From Candidatus Parcubacteria bacterium (GTDB lineage: Bacteria; Patescibacteriota; Minisyncoccia; UBA6257; 2-01-FULL-56-20), in the NCBI GenBank assembly GCA_027450205.1, contig DAIDJL010000004.1:139932-203931 (forward strand): 64,000 bases of DNA. The letters are read 5' to 3'. Under the pieces are notes generated by a model. That model saw only the letters and a list, made by a program, of their open reading frames with translations. It was not told the DNA's origin and ran no database searches. The position numbers and the translations under genes are program-made. Positions 9,030 through 19,658 of this stretch are shown here, piece by piece (the stretch's first letter is position 1; each line of letters starts with the position of its first letter).

Positions 9030-9749
9030 TTATTGAAATTTGAACGTGCCGATGATGGTTTGCATGAGCGAATTTATTTTTTGTTCATCGAATGGTTTCA
9101 GATTGTATGATGACGGATAATTTGCGATCTGGGCAGAATGGACCGTGTATTCGACCGCGTAGCATTTTCCTGCATGGAGCGTGCGATAGCTTGTGGTTTG
9201 ATAGTAGTTCCCCGCGCCGGCCCCCGCAGAGTTGAAAACGGTAAAAGAGGTGCCATTGACCATTGCGGTCGAGGTGGCTGTCGCCGGTCCCCCGCTCTGA
9301 TCCGCGGCCATGCAATCAGCGATGGCGGCACTATTGGCGCTTGCGCCGATAGTGAGCTTCGCGTCAACAAAGTTCGTTTGCGGTTCGAACGCGCGCGGCA
9401 CGGTCAATATGAAATATTTTACTCCTGGCGCACCATTGGCACCCAGGCGCCAGTCCACGGACGGCGTGGCTGAATAATTATCCTGCGTATCGAAATCAAT
9501 CGGGTATGCGATGCTGAATCCCCCATTCATGTTGTTGGCGTCGGTCTGCCATTCGGCGGGATTGTTGTAGTATGCCGCGCTTGTGTTGGTGCCAGTACCG
9601 CCGATGCCCATTGTCTGCACTTTGCCGATCTCCGTGATCGTCTTTCCGTATTGCGTTCCATAATAAAATCCGATGAATGGCAACGCCACGAAAAGCGCCA
9701 GCGCAAGCAGCTTTGAATACCACGTTACTTTATTCCATTCTATTTTCAT
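9030..9749 (-). CDS. Hypothetical membrane-anchored protein (possibly PsbP-like fold)
   Basis: WNKVTWYSKLLA + TM, FSIAYP, GAGAGNYY, C-terminal IGTFKF; start reassigned to MKIEWN. Confidence 0.8.
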   Translation of the reverse strand: MKIEWNKVTWYSKLLALALFVALPFIGFYYGTQYGKTITEIGKVQTMGIGGTGTNTSAAYYNNPAEWQTDANNMNGGFSIAYPIDFDTQDNYSATPSVDWRLGANGAPGVKYFILTVPRAFEPQTNFVDAKLTIGASANSAAIADCMAADQSGGPATATSTAMVNGTSFTVFNSAGAGAGNYYQTTSYRTLHAGKCYAVEYTVHSAQIANYPSSYNLKPFDEQKINSLMQTIIGTFKFQ

Positions 9750-9857
9750 ATGAATAGTATACTCCTTTCGTTTGAAATGGCGTAGAAGGTGGGGTATGCT
9801 ATGCAAAGGCATTACGGTTTTACAAGCATAAAAACGCACCACTTTAGGGAGGTTGTT

Positions 9858-10310
9858 ATGTCCATCGGTTTTCAGCACGACATAGCTGTTTTCATTTGGG
9901 GATTGTCGCTAATCCAGGCGGGATTCTTTATCGTGACCGCGGTTCGCGGCAGGCAACTTCAGCAACAGAGAGCACGCTGCGGCGTTTCCCGTGAAAATGA
10001 CAATGTTCGCCATGAGCGGCTGGGAAAACGTTCGCTATTTGCGATGGCGGTGATCGTGGCTATCATTGATACCACGATCCACATCCTCAAGCTGCCGTAC
10101 TCACCCTTCTTTAAATGGGTCCACGCGCCGATCCTGGTTTTTCTGGTCCTCTTTCTTGCGCTAACCTTCATGTTCAACGGCAGGAAAGATCCGGCGCGGC
10201 ATGCGATCTTTGCTCCGCTTGCCGTGCTGTTTGTCATTGCGGCGACGATCACCGGGGATATTCTTGTTTACCAGCTTATTTGGCTTCACTACCCGACCGT
10301 TCTTCATTGA
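9858..10310 (+). CDS. Orphan 4-TM membrane protein
   Basis: AGGGAGG SD, TTGAAA-17-TATGCT promoter, four hydrophobic segments. Confidence 0.7.
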   Translation: MSIGFQHDIAVFIWGLSLIQAGFFIVTAVRGRQLQQQRARCGVSRENDNVRHERLGKRSLFAMAVIVAIIDTTIHILKLPYSPFFKWVHAPILVFLVLFLALTFMFNGRKDPARHAIFAPLAVLFVIAATITGDILVYQLIWLHYPTVLH

Positions 10311-10323
10311 GCGGCCGGGTTTT

Positions 10324-11070
10324 TTATATCTGTATCTTTGAGAAGAAATAGCTTCCAAGTCCGAGGAATACGGCGGTGACAACGGCTAGCACGGCAAAAT
10401 CCGTGCCGAGACCGAAGCTGCCGTTGTTCACAAGCAATATCCGGAACGAATCGATGCCGTACGAGAGCGGGTCGAATTTAACAATTCCAGCCAGTACGGC
10501 CGGCAGACCGTCAAGCGGGAAAAGTGCTCCGGAAAGGAAAAAGAGCGGCATAACGAGGAAGTTCATGATGAGCTGGAAGCCCTGCATGTCATCCAGGAGC
10601 GAAGCGATCGCGGCGCCAAGCGCGGCGAAAAGGAGTGCGACGAGCAACATGAAAAGGATCACCACGGGCACGAGCGCCCAGTTATACGGGCGGAAACCGA
10701 AGATCGTCACCAGTATGAGCACGAGCAGGCCCTGCATGGTGGCGACGGTTGCGCCGCCGAGCGTGCGGCCGATCATGATGTTGAGCCGGTTTACGGGCGC
10801 GACGAGCGTTTCTTTAAGGAATCCGAACTGCCGATCCCAGATCATTTGAATACCGGAGAATATTGCAGTGAAAATGATGCTCATGCCGATGATGCCGGGC
10901 GCAAGGAATTCAAAATAGTTTCCCTCCCCCGCTTTTGCGAATACCGAACCGAGGCCGTAGCCGAGCGCGAGCAAAAAGAGGAGCGGTTGGCCGAGCGAAC
11001 CGATAATGCGCGACTTCGAGCGCAAATAGCGCTTGATCTCGCGGAGCCATAAAATATAGATAGTTTTCAT
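10324..11070 (-). CDS. ABC-2 type exporter permease (DrrB-like)
   Basis: FLAPGII, DRQFGFLKETLVAP, FFLSGALFP, DPLSY. Confidence 0.92.
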   Translation of the reverse strand: MKTIYILWLREIKRYLRSKSRIIGSLGQPLLFLLALGYGLGSVFAKAGEGNYFEFLAPGIIGMSIIFTAIFSGIQMIWDRQFGFLKETLVAPVNRLNIMIGRTLGGATVATMQGLLVLILVTIFGFRPYNWALVPVVILFMLLVALLFAALGAAIASLLDDMQGFQLIMNFLVMPLFFLSGALFPLDGLPAVLAGIVKFDPLSYGIDSFRILLVNNGSFGLGTDFAVLAVVTAVFLGLGSYFFSKIQI

Positions 11071-11096
11071 TGGGTTTGATATTGGAATTTGTCGCG

Positions 11097-11900
11097 CTAG
11101 CGCCTTCCTCCGCGCCACATCCTGCCATGCGCGCGCATCTTGTCGGTGGTGCTCGCATCCTCGTCGCGGATCACCGTGCCGGTCAGTTTAAGGAATGCGT
11201 CTTCAAGCGAATTGGTTTTTGTCCGTGATTTCAGCTCCGCTGCGGTGCCGGACGCGACGATCTTCCCATGGTCGATGATGGCGATCCGTTGCGCGATGCG
11301 CTCGGCCTCTTCCATATAGTGCGTAGTAAAGAACACCGTGACCCCCTCCTTTTCGTTAAGGTCTTGAAGATAGCTCCACATATGATTGCGCGTCTGCGGA
11401 TCGAGGCCAAGAGTCGGTTCGTCAAGGAACAATACCGCAGGATGATGCAAAAGCCCGCGTGCGATCTCAAGGCGGCGCTTCATGCCGCCGGAAAACTCCT
11501 TTACCTGGCTGTCGCGTCGATCCCAAAGCTCAACGAAACTGAGCAATTGCTCGATCCGTTCTTTGCGGATCTTGCGCGGGACGCCATAGAGCACGCCATG
11601 GAGATCCATGTTTTCAAGCGCGGTAAGGTCATCGTCCAGGCTTGGATCCTGGAACACGATGCCGAACGAGCGGCGCACGGCATCGGCATCGTTCTTCGCG
11701 TCGTGGCCGTTCAGCTTGATGTCGCCGCCCGTGGGATTCAGGATCGTGGTCAGCATTTTTATCGTGGTGGACTTCCCCGCCCCGTTCGGTCCCAAAAACG
11801 CAAAAATCTCGCCTTTTTTGACGTCGAAGGAAATATCATCCACGGCGGTGAAATCACCGAATTTTTTGACCAGATGCTGCACTTCAATGATATTGTCCAT
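11097..11900 (-). CDS. ABC exporter ATP-binding protein (DrrA-like)
   Basis: GPNGAGKST, FSGGM, LFLDEPT, TTHY. Confidence 0.95.
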   Translation of the reverse strand: MDNIIEVQHLVKKFGDFTAVDDISFDVKKGEIFAFLGPNGAGKSTTIKMLTTILNPTGGDIKLNGHDAKNDADAVRRSFGIVFQDPSLDDDLTALENMDLHGVLYGVPRKIRKERIEQLLSFVELWDRRDSQVKEFSGGMKRRLEIARGLLHHPAVLFLDEPTLGLDPQTRNHMWSYLQDLNEKEGVTVFFTTHYMEEAERIAQRIAIIDHGKIVASGTAAELKSRTKTNSLEDAFLKLTGTVIRDEDASTTDKMRAHGRMWRGGRR

Positions 11901-11955
11901 TGATGATGGTATTGATTAATTATAATACCATAATTATTCACTTACTTAACTACCC

Positions 11956-11964
11956 TGTGGATAA
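11956..11964 (-). promoter_or_regulatory. Single perfect DnaA-box sequence in a divergent promoter region
   Basis: TGTGGATAA is the reverse complement of TTATCCACA; isolated, so function uncertain. Confidence 0.35.
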
Positions 11965-12003
11965 CCATACCATTTTGGCCGATTATATGGTATAATACAA
12001 CGT

Positions 12004-13572
12004 ATGAACGCAATCATGGCACGCTTCGGGTTCGGGAAGAAAAAAATGATCATCGGGGTGGTAGTGGTGGCGGTCGCCGCACTGGGCTATTTTTTTGTCG
12101 CTTCGCGCGGCGGAGGCAAATATCAGTTCGTGGGAGTTACCCGGGGTACGATCACCGAAGTGGTCAGCGTCACCGGCAATACGACCCCGATCCAGAGCCT
12201 TGACCTTTCGTTCCCTGCGGGTGGAACCATTGCGGCGGTATATAAAAATGCCGGTGATAATGTGAGCGCGGGCGATGTTCTGGTGCAGCTCGATACGGGC
12301 AGCCTGCAGGCGCAGCTTGCACAGGCGCAGGCCGCAGTGGACGCGGCGCAGGCGACGCTTGAAGGGCTTCAGGCGGGACCGACGCCGCAGGCGGTGCAGG
12401 TTTCGAAAGCTGCCCTTGCGACCGCGGAGCAGACGCTTTCAAATACCTATACGGGCATTTCGAATGCGGTCATCGATGCATACGCCAAAGCGAGCGATGC
12501 GGTACGCAATCAGATCGGGGCGTTTTATAACAATCCCGATTCGAACAACCCCCAGCTTTCGTTCTCGGTCAGCGATTCGCAGGTGGTCAACGATGCGAAT
12601 GCGGAGCGCGTCCAGGTCGGACAGGAGCTGGCCGTATGGCAGAATGAGATCAATACACTTTCTCCCGCGGCGGGAACCTCCACATTGGCGCAAATTTTAC
12701 AGAGCACCGCCGGCCATCTTTCGGTTGTCGCGACAATGCTGAACACCGATGCGACCGCTGTCGTGGAGGAGAGCGGCCTTTCGGCGAGCGCGGCGCAGGC
12801 CTATAAGACCGACGTAACGAATGCGATCACGGAAGTGAACGGTGCGGCGGGCGCTATCAATACGATCCAGCAGAGTATCGCTTCGGAACAGGCTGCGGTC
12901 GCTCAGGCACAGGCCCAACTGAGCCTGACGCTCGCAGGATCCACCCCGCAGGCGATCGCCGCGCAGCAGGCGCAGGTGGAGCAGGCGCAGGCGAATGTGC
13001 AGAACATCAAGGTGAGCATCGCGAACGCGACGCTTTCATCCCCTATTAACGGCATTGTCACCGTGCAGAACGCCAAGATCGGGCAGACCGCGGTGGCGGG
13101 GCAAACGATCACATCCATTATTTCCGGAAACAATTTTGAAGTGGACGCCTATGTGCCGGAGACGGACATCGGAAAGGTCGCGATCGGAAACCCCGTCGAT
13201 ATGACCTTCGACGCGTTTCCCGGCGAGACGTTCTCCGGAAAGGTTTTTTATATCGATCCGGCCGAAACGATCCTGAGCGGCGTTGTTGATTATCTTGTAA
13301 AAGTATCATTTATCACTCCCGATGTGCGTATCAAGAGCGGTCTGACCGCGAATCTGGACATCAAGACGCAGACCGACAAGAATGCGCTTATCCTTCCGCA
13401 ATACGCCGTCGCGCAGAACGTGAGCGGCACGTTCGTTGATATTTTACAGAATGGCGTCGAGACGCAGGTGCCGGTGACGCTTGGCATCCGCGATCAGAAT
13501 GGCAATGTGGAGATTACTTCCGGCGTGACCGAAGGCGAACAGGTCATTAATATCGGATTAAAAACTCAGTAA
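12004..13572 (+). CDS. Efflux periplasmic adaptor / membrane fusion protein (MacA/YknX-like)
   Basis: TM anchor, lipoyl-like halves (GDNVSAGDVL; SPINGIV), long helical hairpin, VPETDIGKV. Confidence 0.9.
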   Translation: MNAIMARFGFGKKKMIIGVVVVAVAALGYFFVASRGGGKYQFVGVTRGTITEVVSVTGNTTPIQSLDLSFPAGGTIAAVYKNAGDNVSAGDVLVQLDTGSLQAQLAQAQAAVDAAQATLEGLQAGPTPQAVQVSKAALATAEQTLSNTYTGISNAVIDAYAKASDAVRNQIGAFYNNPDSNNPQLSFSVSDSQVVNDANAERVQVGQELAVWQNEINTLSPAAGTSTLAQILQSTAGHLSVVATMLNTDATAVVEESGLSASAAQAYKTDVTNAITEVNGAAGAINTIQQSIASEQAAVAQAQAQLSLTLAGSTPQAIAAQQAQVEQAQANVQNIKVSIANATLSSPINGIVTVQNAKIGQTAVAGQTITSIISGNNFEVDAYVPETDIGKVAIGNPVDMTFDAFPGETFSGKVFYIDPAETILSGVVDYLVKVSFITPDVRIKSGLTANLDIKTQTDKNALILPQYAVAQNVSGTFVDILQNGVETQVPVTLGIRDQNGNVEITSGVTEGEQVINIGLKTQ

Positions 13573-13587
13573 AAGGGATCGTTTTGG

Positions 13588-14298
13588 ATGATCGAAGTCA
13601 AAGACCTTAAAAAGGATTATACCGACGAAGGAGAAGTGACTTCCGCGCTGCGCGGGGTTTCCTTTACGATCAACAAAGGAGATTTTGTCTCCATTATGGG
13701 TCCGAGCGGTTCCGGAAAGTCCACGCTCGTGCAGATTTTAAGCTTTCTTGACCGTTCGACCGGCGGAAGCTATGAGTTCAACGGAAAGAAGATCGATGAT
13801 CTTTCCGACGTGGAGCTTGCGCGCATCCGCAATAAAAGCATCGGATTCGTATTCCAGTCGTTCAATCTTCTTACGCGGCTTACCGTCTATGAGAACGTTG
13901 AACTCCCACTCGTCTACTCCGACGTTCCGGTATCCGGCCGGAAAAAATTGATCGAAGATGCCGTGCATAGCGTTGGCTTGGATGAAAAATTGTACGTGGA
14001 AACGGCAAAGCTCTCCGGCGGGCAGAAACAGCGCATTGCGATCGCCCGCGCGCTGGTGAACGATCCGGATATCATTTTTGCCGATGAACCGACGGGCAAT
14101 CTTGACTCCGTTTCCGGCGCCCAAGTGATGTCCATTCTTGACGGGTTGAACCACAGCGGCCGCACGGTGATCCTTGTGACGCACGAGACGAACACCGCCG
14201 AGTTCGCTGATCGTATCATCCGCCTTCGCGATGGCATGGTGGAAAGCGACGAGAAAGTAAAGAACCCCCGGCACTCAAAGGACGAATTCTTCAAATAA
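13588..14298 (+). CDS. MacB/LolD-type ABC ATP-binding protein
   Basis: GPSGSGKST, LSGGQKQR, ADEPTGNLD. Confidence 0.95.
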   Translation: MIEVKDLKKDYTDEGEVTSALRGVSFTINKGDFVSIMGPSGSGKSTLVQILSFLDRSTGGSYEFNGKKIDDLSDVELARIRNKSIGFVFQSFNLLTRLTVYENVELPLVYSDVPVSGRKKLIEDAVHSVGLDEKLYVETAKLSGGQKQRIAIARALVNDPDIIFADEPTGNLDSVSGAQVMSILDGLNHSGRTVILVTHETNTAEFADRIIRLRDGMVESDEKVKNPRHSKDEFFK

Positions 14299-14317
14299 CG
14301 ATCGAATATCATTTGAC

Positions 14318-15565
14318 ATGCGCGTAAGCGATCTTATCAAATCTTCCCGGGCAACGCTCAAACACGGCAAGATGCGTTCGCTTTTGACGATGCTCGGTAT
14401 CGTGATCGGCATCTCATCGGTGATCATCCTGATGTCCATCGGCGCATCGGCGCAGGACTATATTTTGGGCCAGGTGCAGGGGCTCGGCTCAAATTTGATC
14501 ATTATCCTTCCCGGAGGAACCAATAACGGGAAATTCTCATCCCCCGCCGCGGCACAGGGCATCATTGTCACAAGCTTGAAGCAACAGGATGTCGACGCGC
14601 TCGGCCGCGACCCGTCGGTCGCCGCGGTGACGGAGGAATCGCGCGGCCAGGCAACCGCGGCGTTCGGCGACAACAGCATGGTGACCACGTTCGACGGGGT
14701 TCCGGCGAACTTCTTTACGGTGCGTAATTTCGCCGTACAAAACGGCTATCCGTTCACCGATGCGGACGTCCAGGCATATAACCACGTGGCGGTCATCGGT
14801 TCCTCGCTCGCGGATACGCTTTTTGGCGCCGGGTCCGACCCGGTGGGTCAATATATCCAGGTGAAGAACATCCAGTTCCGCGTCGTTGGCGTGCTGGCCA
14901 AGAAGGGCACCGGGGCGTTCGGCATCGACCAGGATAATCTGGTGCTGGTTCCGATCACGGTCGCGCAAAAGCAGATGCTCGGCGTGGATTACTTTACCGA
15001 CGTGATGGTGCAGGCGAACGATTCATATAACATCGATTTCGTGAAAGCGCGCGTGCAGAATATTTTAGAACAGGACCACAACATCACCGACCCCAATAAA
15101 GATGATTTTACGATAGAGACGCAGCAGGACGTGCTTTCGCTGCTTGGCAATATCACGAACATTCTGACATTGTTCCTGGCTGCGATCGCATCCATCTCGC
15201 TCATCGTCGGCGGCATCGGCATCATGAACATCATGCTCGTATCCGTCATTGAGCGCACGAAAGAGATCGGCCTGCGCAAATCCGTCGGCGCAACGAACAA
15301 CGATATTCTCCAGCAATTTCTTGTTGAGTCGGTGATGCTCACGTTCATCGGCGGCATTATCGGCATCGCGCTTGGCGGCGTGGTGGTTGGGCTGGCCTGG
15401 CTCGTCATCACGAAGGTCTTTGCCGTTGCATGGACCTTTGAATTCCCGCTTACGGCGATCCTGCTGGCCGTTGCCGTCTCGAGCGTCACCGGTATCGCAT
15501 TCGGCATCTATCCCGCCCGCCAGGCGGCGCGGAAAAGCCCGATCGAGGCGTTGAGGTATGAATAA
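14318..15565 (+). CDS. MacB/FtsX-type ABC permease
   Basis: RSLLTMLGIVIG, GGIGIMNIMLVSVIERTKEIG, PIEALRYE. Confidence 0.95.
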   Translation: MRVSDLIKSSRATLKHGKMRSLLTMLGIVIGISSVIILMSIGASAQDYILGQVQGLGSNLIIILPGGTNNGKFSSPAAAQGIIVTSLKQQDVDALGRDPSVAAVTEESRGQATAAFGDNSMVTTFDGVPANFFTVRNFAVQNGYPFTDADVQAYNHVAVIGSSLADTLFGAGSDPVGQYIQVKNIQFRVVGVLAKKGTGAFGIDQDNLVLVPITVAQKQMLGVDYFTDVMVQANDSYNIDFVKARVQNILEQDHNITDPNKDDFTIETQQDVLSLLGNITNILTLFLAAIASISLIVGGIGIMNIMLVSVIERTKEIGLRKSVGATNNDILQQFLVESVMLTFIGGIIGIALGGVVVGLAWLVITKVFAVAWTFEFPLTAILLAVAVSSVTGIAFGIYPARQAARKSPIEALRYE

Positions 15566-15668
15566 AAAAAATGACGAGGGAGGTCCCGATGCGACTTCCT
15601 CTCTAGATTGTAAAATAACAAAAAACTCCAGTGAAATGGAGCTTTTTTGCCGTTGATCTCCGCTAAAT

Positions 15669-16082
15669 TTATCCCCTCGCCTTTTTTGTCGGCCTTGCCC
15701 TGCGCACCGGTTTTTTCTTTGCCGCCTTCTTCGGTGTATACTTGCTCGCCATCTTTTTTGCTTCGGCGTGGATACGCTTCCACTCCCCTTTCAGATCCTT
15801 TCCCGCCGCGAGCATTTCCGCCGCAGCCATTTTTTCGAGCGGGCCGTAGTGTTTGATCGCCTGGTCTACGATACGCGCATATTCTTTTGCACCAAGTTTT
15901 TTTGCGATCTTTGCATTCTTTGCTACCTCCTTGCGCGCACTTACAACCCACTTCTTCGCTCTCGCCTTGGTCTTTTTGTCTGAGAGAAGGTAGGCTCCGG
16001 CCGCAGCCGCGAGTGCCGCCGCCGTCACCGCGCCGCCGAGCTCCCACGCCTTTGCGCTCCCCGATTTCTTTTTTGTCGCCAT
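15669..16082 (-). CDS. Hypothetical basic protein (YtxH-like anchor, Lys/Ala-rich tail)
   Basis: AAALAAAAGAYLL segment followed by a very Lys-rich region. Confidence 0.75.
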   Translation of the reverse strand: MATKKKSGSAKAWELGGAVTAAALAAAAGAYLLSDKKTKARAKKWVVSARKEVAKNAKIAKKLGAKEYARIVDQAIKHYGPLEKMAAAEMLAAGKDLKGEWKRIHAEAKKMASKYTPKKAAKKKPVRRARPTKKARG

Positions 16083-16113
16083 ATTCGTTATAAAATTAAA
16101 TGATTAAAATTTA

Positions 16114-16389
16114 TTATTTCTTCGACCTTGCTTTCGTTTTCTTGAAAAGGTTCTTTGCGAACATCATAAAACGCTCAATACGAAACCCTTCTTTCTTGAT
16201 ATCACCCCTCAGCTCGCCGATATCCTCGCGAAACAATACCGTTTCTTCCTTCACCTGCCTGGTTATTTCTTTGATGTCGCTCAACACGTTTGCCAGATAG
16301 ATGAGCGCGATGGTGAGCGCGACCGCTACCACGATGACGGCGATCGTCGTCACAAAAAAGAAAATGTCGGCATGCACCAATGTGTTCAT
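16114..16389 (-). CDS. Hypothetical TM + coiled-coil protein (DUF948-like)
   Basis: HADIFFFVTTIAV TM helix then coiled coil. Confidence 0.75.
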   Translation of the reverse strand: MNTLVHADIFFFVTTIAVIVVAVALTIALIYLANVLSDIKEITRQVKEETVLFREDIGELRGDIKKEGFRIERFMMFAKNLFKKTKARSKK

Positions 16390-16397
16390 ATTTGAAA

Positions 16398-17591
16398 TTA
16401 TAACATATCGCCGCGTGCGGTGCGGGTGTTACTCAGCCGATCCAGCGCTTTCTGCTTGTCCGCAAGCGGGAGGCGCGTCTTTCGCACGGCTTTGCCCAGC
16501 ATCATGATCGTCTCGTCGTAGGTCTTCCGGTCAACGGGATACGGCGTGGCATCCTTGCCGCCATGCGCGAAACTATAGCGGGCGGGATCCTCGTATGACG
16601 GCGATGCGCCGTAGATGACCTCGCCCACGAGCGCGAGCGCCCGCATGGTCTTTGCGCCCACGCCTTCGGTGGCCAGGAGTTTTTCGTAGCTCCCCGGCCT
16701 TTCGTCGGTCACTTTCGCAAGTATTTTCTCCAGATATTTGCTCTTGGCAAAATCCTCGTGTACGACGGGGTGATATTTGAACTCGCGTGTTTCGAGATTG
16801 AGCAGCGTGAGTTGCTGGCTCGGACGGCCATCGCCGCCGATCTGGATCTTCGCCATTTGCGAAAGCCGTGAGGAATATTTGCGTAGGAGCGTGATATCCT
16901 TCATCAGCGTCGCATAACCGGCGTGGGTAAGCTCGGTGGATATCTCGCGTGTCTTGTCGCTCTTTGCAGCGCTGAGATCGAGCACGGTCTTTAATGTGAC
17001 CGGCGAAGAAATGCCCGAATGCGGTTCGGATACGAGGTCGTTCACATTCTCCGAATACCAGTGGTACCGGCGCGCGGTGCCACGGTCCGCGTTCATCCCC
17101 TGTTGGACGACCGCCCACGCGCCGCCACGCGAGAAGAAGAATGCATGGTGGTAGAGCTGGAACCCGTCCTGCACGAGCGCGGAATCCACCTTGGCGCTCA
17201 TCTTTGAGTTATAGACAAGCTTGTTCGTCTGCGCCACGGGCAGCGCCAGGCGTTCGCCCCACGCCATGATCTCGTCCGGCGTTTTGCGTGATGTCTTCCC
17301 TTTCCCGCCGGCGATCACGATACCGAAGTCCGCTTCGTGTCCGCGTATCGCCTCTTTCAGCGCCGCGGTCAAAATGGTGGTGAGACCGCTCGCATTCCAG
17401 TCGAATGCGAGCACCGTGCCAAGCGATTGGAACCAGGCCGGGTCCGCGATGCGCTTGATGAATTCGTCCGGGCCATATTCGGCCACAAGCACATACATCA
17501 TTTCGCGTCCGAGCTTTACCATGCGCTCAAAAAGCCACGGCGGGCAGTGGCCGGAATCGAGCCCGAAGGAAGCTATGCCGCGCTGGATCAT
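16398..17591 (-). CDS. DUF763 family protein
   Basis: GHCPPWLF, DWNASGLTT, GGKG, KVDSALVQDGFQLYHH, VVQQGM, FAHGGKDATPYPV. Confidence 0.88.
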   Translation of the reverse strand: MIQRGIASFGLDSGHCPPWLFERMVKLGREMMYVLVAEYGPDEFIKRIADPAWFQSLGTVLAFDWNASGLTTILTAALKEAIRGHEADFGIVIAGGKGKTSRKTPDEIMAWGERLALPVAQTNKLVYNSKMSAKVDSALVQDGFQLYHHAFFFSRGGAWAVVQQGMNADRGTARRYHWYSENVNDLVSEPHSGISSPVTLKTVLDLSAAKSDKTREISTELTHAGYATLMKDITLLRKYSSRLSQMAKIQIGGDGRPSQQLTLLNLETREFKYHPVVHEDFAKSKYLEKILAKVTDERPGSYEKLLATEGVGAKTMRALALVGEVIYGASPSYEDPARYSFAHGGKDATPYPVDRKTYDETIMMLGKAVRKTRLPLADKQKALDRLSNTRTARGDML

Positions 17592-17629
17592 AGCTCTATT
17601 ATAGCGCTTTTGGGAAGGGTTTTTACCGC

Positions 17630-18709
17630 CTAAAACAACCCATGGATGTCCCGCACGGTTAGCACCACCATCAATAAAAGCAGCAAAGCAAAGCCAATGC
17701 CGTTGATCCACGCTTCCACTTTATACGGCATCGCCGAACCTTTTATTTTTTCTACGATCACCATGAGGAACCGGCCGCCGTCAAGCGCCGGGAACGGGAT
17801 GCAGTTGACGATCATCAGGTTGATGGAGATGATCCCGAGAAATTGCAAAAGGTACGCAAGGCCGATCTTGCCGGTTTCCTCCGCGATGCCAAAGATGCCG
17901 ACAGGCCCGACGACGTCGGCGGGGATGGAGGCATGGATGAATATCTGCTTCACCAATTCATAGAACGCCTGAAGTGTGAGCCATGAGATGATCGCGGCAT
18001 CCTGCAGACCGTTCCACAGCGCCGCGAAGAAATTTTCCCGCGCCGCGCCGCCCTCTTCCAATGCTACGCCGAGCGCGCCCTGATCCGCGGGCGGGTTTAC
18101 CCGTGGCGTCATGGTGAAGGTCAGGTCCTTATCGCTCCGGATGACCGTGACGGTGACCGGTTTGCCTTCATTTGCGTCAATATAATTAATGAAGCTTTGT
18201 GCATCAGTGTAGCCTTTGATTACATCGCCGGACTGCAATCCGGCTGCCGCCGCGGGTGAACCCGCCTGCGTTGCCGAGATCACAAGCGTCTGCGGGACGC
18301 CAATCATGAACACGGCGGCGATGAGCAGCCATCCGAGGATAAAGTTCATAAAAACGCCCGCAAGTACGATCGCGCTCTTTTTCCACGCCGGCTGGTTATA
18401 GAAGAGGCGCGCCTGGTCCGCGTCGCCTGTTGGTGTCGCGTCGCCCGGATGGGCGGCGGCATCCATACCATCAGGATTGATCCCTTCAAACTCTCCCCGC
18501 TCGCCGCTGATGCGCACAAATCCCCCGAATGGCAGCCAGTTGATGCTGTATTCCGTATCGCCGAATTTTCGCGCCGTTATGCGCGGCGGGAAGCCGATGC
18601 CGAACTCGTCAACCTTCAGTCCGAATAATTTTGCCACGAAAAAATGCCCGGCTTCGTGGCCGAGGATCAAAAATGATAATCCGACAATGACAAGAACAAC
18701 GATGAGCAT
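17630..18709 (-). CDS. rseP: Site-2 protease (M50) with PDZ domain
   Basis: HEAGH, PFGGFV, NCIPFPALDGG; start reassigned to MLIVVL. Confidence 0.92.
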   Translation of the reverse strand: MLIVVLVIVGLSFLILGHEAGHFFVAKLFGLKVDEFGIGFPPRITARKFGDTEYSINWLPFGGFVRISGERGEFEGINPDGMDAAAHPGDATPTGDADQARLFYNQPAWKKSAIVLAGVFMNFILGWLLIAAVFMIGVPQTLVISATQAGSPAAAAGLQSGDVIKGYTDAQSFINYIDANEGKPVTVTVIRSDKDLTFTMTPRVNPPADQGALGVALEEGGAARENFFAALWNGLQDAAIISWLTLQAFYELVKQIFIHASIPADVVGPVGIFGIAEETGKIGLAYLLQFLGIISINLMIVNCIPFPALDGGRFLMVIVEKIKGSAMPYKVEAWINGIGFALLLLLMVVLTVRDIHGLF

Positions 18710-18820
18710 GATGGTCTGTGAAAGCTTACTAAGTATATCAGATGTCCGGCAAAACGGTAGCTTGACGCAATGCCATAATTTCTGCTTTAATGATGCCAGC
18801 GCCAACTTCAGGAGACCGGT

Positions 18821-19063
18821 ATGAAGAAGAATATTTTGCGATGGATATGCATGGCGGTAAATGCCGCCCTCTTCGTTTCGAGCTATATATCTTTCAGGAT
18901 CGGAATGAAGGCAGAATCCCTCCACGTCGCCGTATGGGGTAAGACATTCTTCGAGTGGATGGTCATTGTAACAATATTGGGGATAGCATCTGTCATCGCC
19001 ATAGCGGCGTCGTGCTGGATGATCGACCGCGTTGACCAAACGCCTCAGGAGGAGTCTTCCTGA
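18821..19063 (+). CDS. Orphan 2-TM small membrane protein
   Basis: AGGAG SD, TTGACG promoter, two hydrophobic helices, terminator overlapping the stop. Confidence 0.65.
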   Translation: MKKNILRWICMAVNAALFVSSYISFRIGMKAESLHVAVWGKTFFEWMVIVTILGIASVIAIAASCWMIDRVDQTPQEESS

Positions 19064-19073
19064 GGCGTTTTTT
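19038..19073. terminator. Bidirectional terminator
   Basis: AAACGCCTCAGGA/TCCTGAGGCGTTT inverted repeat with T-tract. Confidence 0.8.
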
Positions 19074-19632
19074 ATTCTCCCAATTCCCCCAACTTTCCGT
19101 TCACCATCGCCTCGATGTCCCCGTTCGCCTTGTCTATCACCTTTTGGATCCTTTCTTTGCCTTTATACGCGTCATCCTCGGTGATCTCTTTCTTCCCCTC
19201 GGAGTCCTTGAGGCGCTTCATTGCGTCGTCGCGCCGGGCGCGAACTTGGATGCGTGCCGCTTCGGATATTTTTTTGACGAGTTTCGTCATTTCATCGCGC
19301 CGTTCGTCGCCAAGCGGCGAGAGTGTTGCGCGGATGGTGTTGCCGTCGTTGTTCGTTGACAGTCCGAGATGCGCGTCATCGATCGCTTTCATGACCGCGC
19401 CGATCGCGCCCGGATCCCAGACGGTGATCTGGATGGTTCGCGGCGGCAGCACGCTGAGCGATCCGAGTTCCCGTATGCTGAGCTGCTGGTCGTAGAGATT
19501 CAGCCGGATATCCTGGATCATGTCCGGCGACGGCCGGTTGCCGCGGATCTGAGCGAAGTCCTGTTTTAGCTTTGTCGTCACCCCGGCGAGCGCGCCTTCG
19601 AGGTCTTTTGTTATTTGTTCGGAGATGGTCAT
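19072..19632 (-). CDS. frr: Ribosome recycling factor
   Basis: IRGNRPSP, ITVWD, ERRDEM, ITEDD; 186 aa. Confidence 0.92.
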   Translation of the reverse strand: MTISEQITKDLEGALAGVTTKLKQDFAQIRGNRPSPDMIQDIRLNLYDQQLSIRELGSLSVLPPRTIQITVWDPGAIGAVMKAIDDAHLGLSTNNDGNTIRATLSPLGDERRDEMTKLVKKISEAARIQVRARRDDAMKRLKDSEGKKEITEDDAYKGKERIQKVIDKANGDIEAMVNGKLGELGE

Positions 19633-19658
19633 ATTTGCGTGTGATAAAAATTTAATGG

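Noticed and set aside
11900-12003. oriC at the DnaA box
   Set aside because: Only one box, a short intergenic region and no dnaA/dnaN context.
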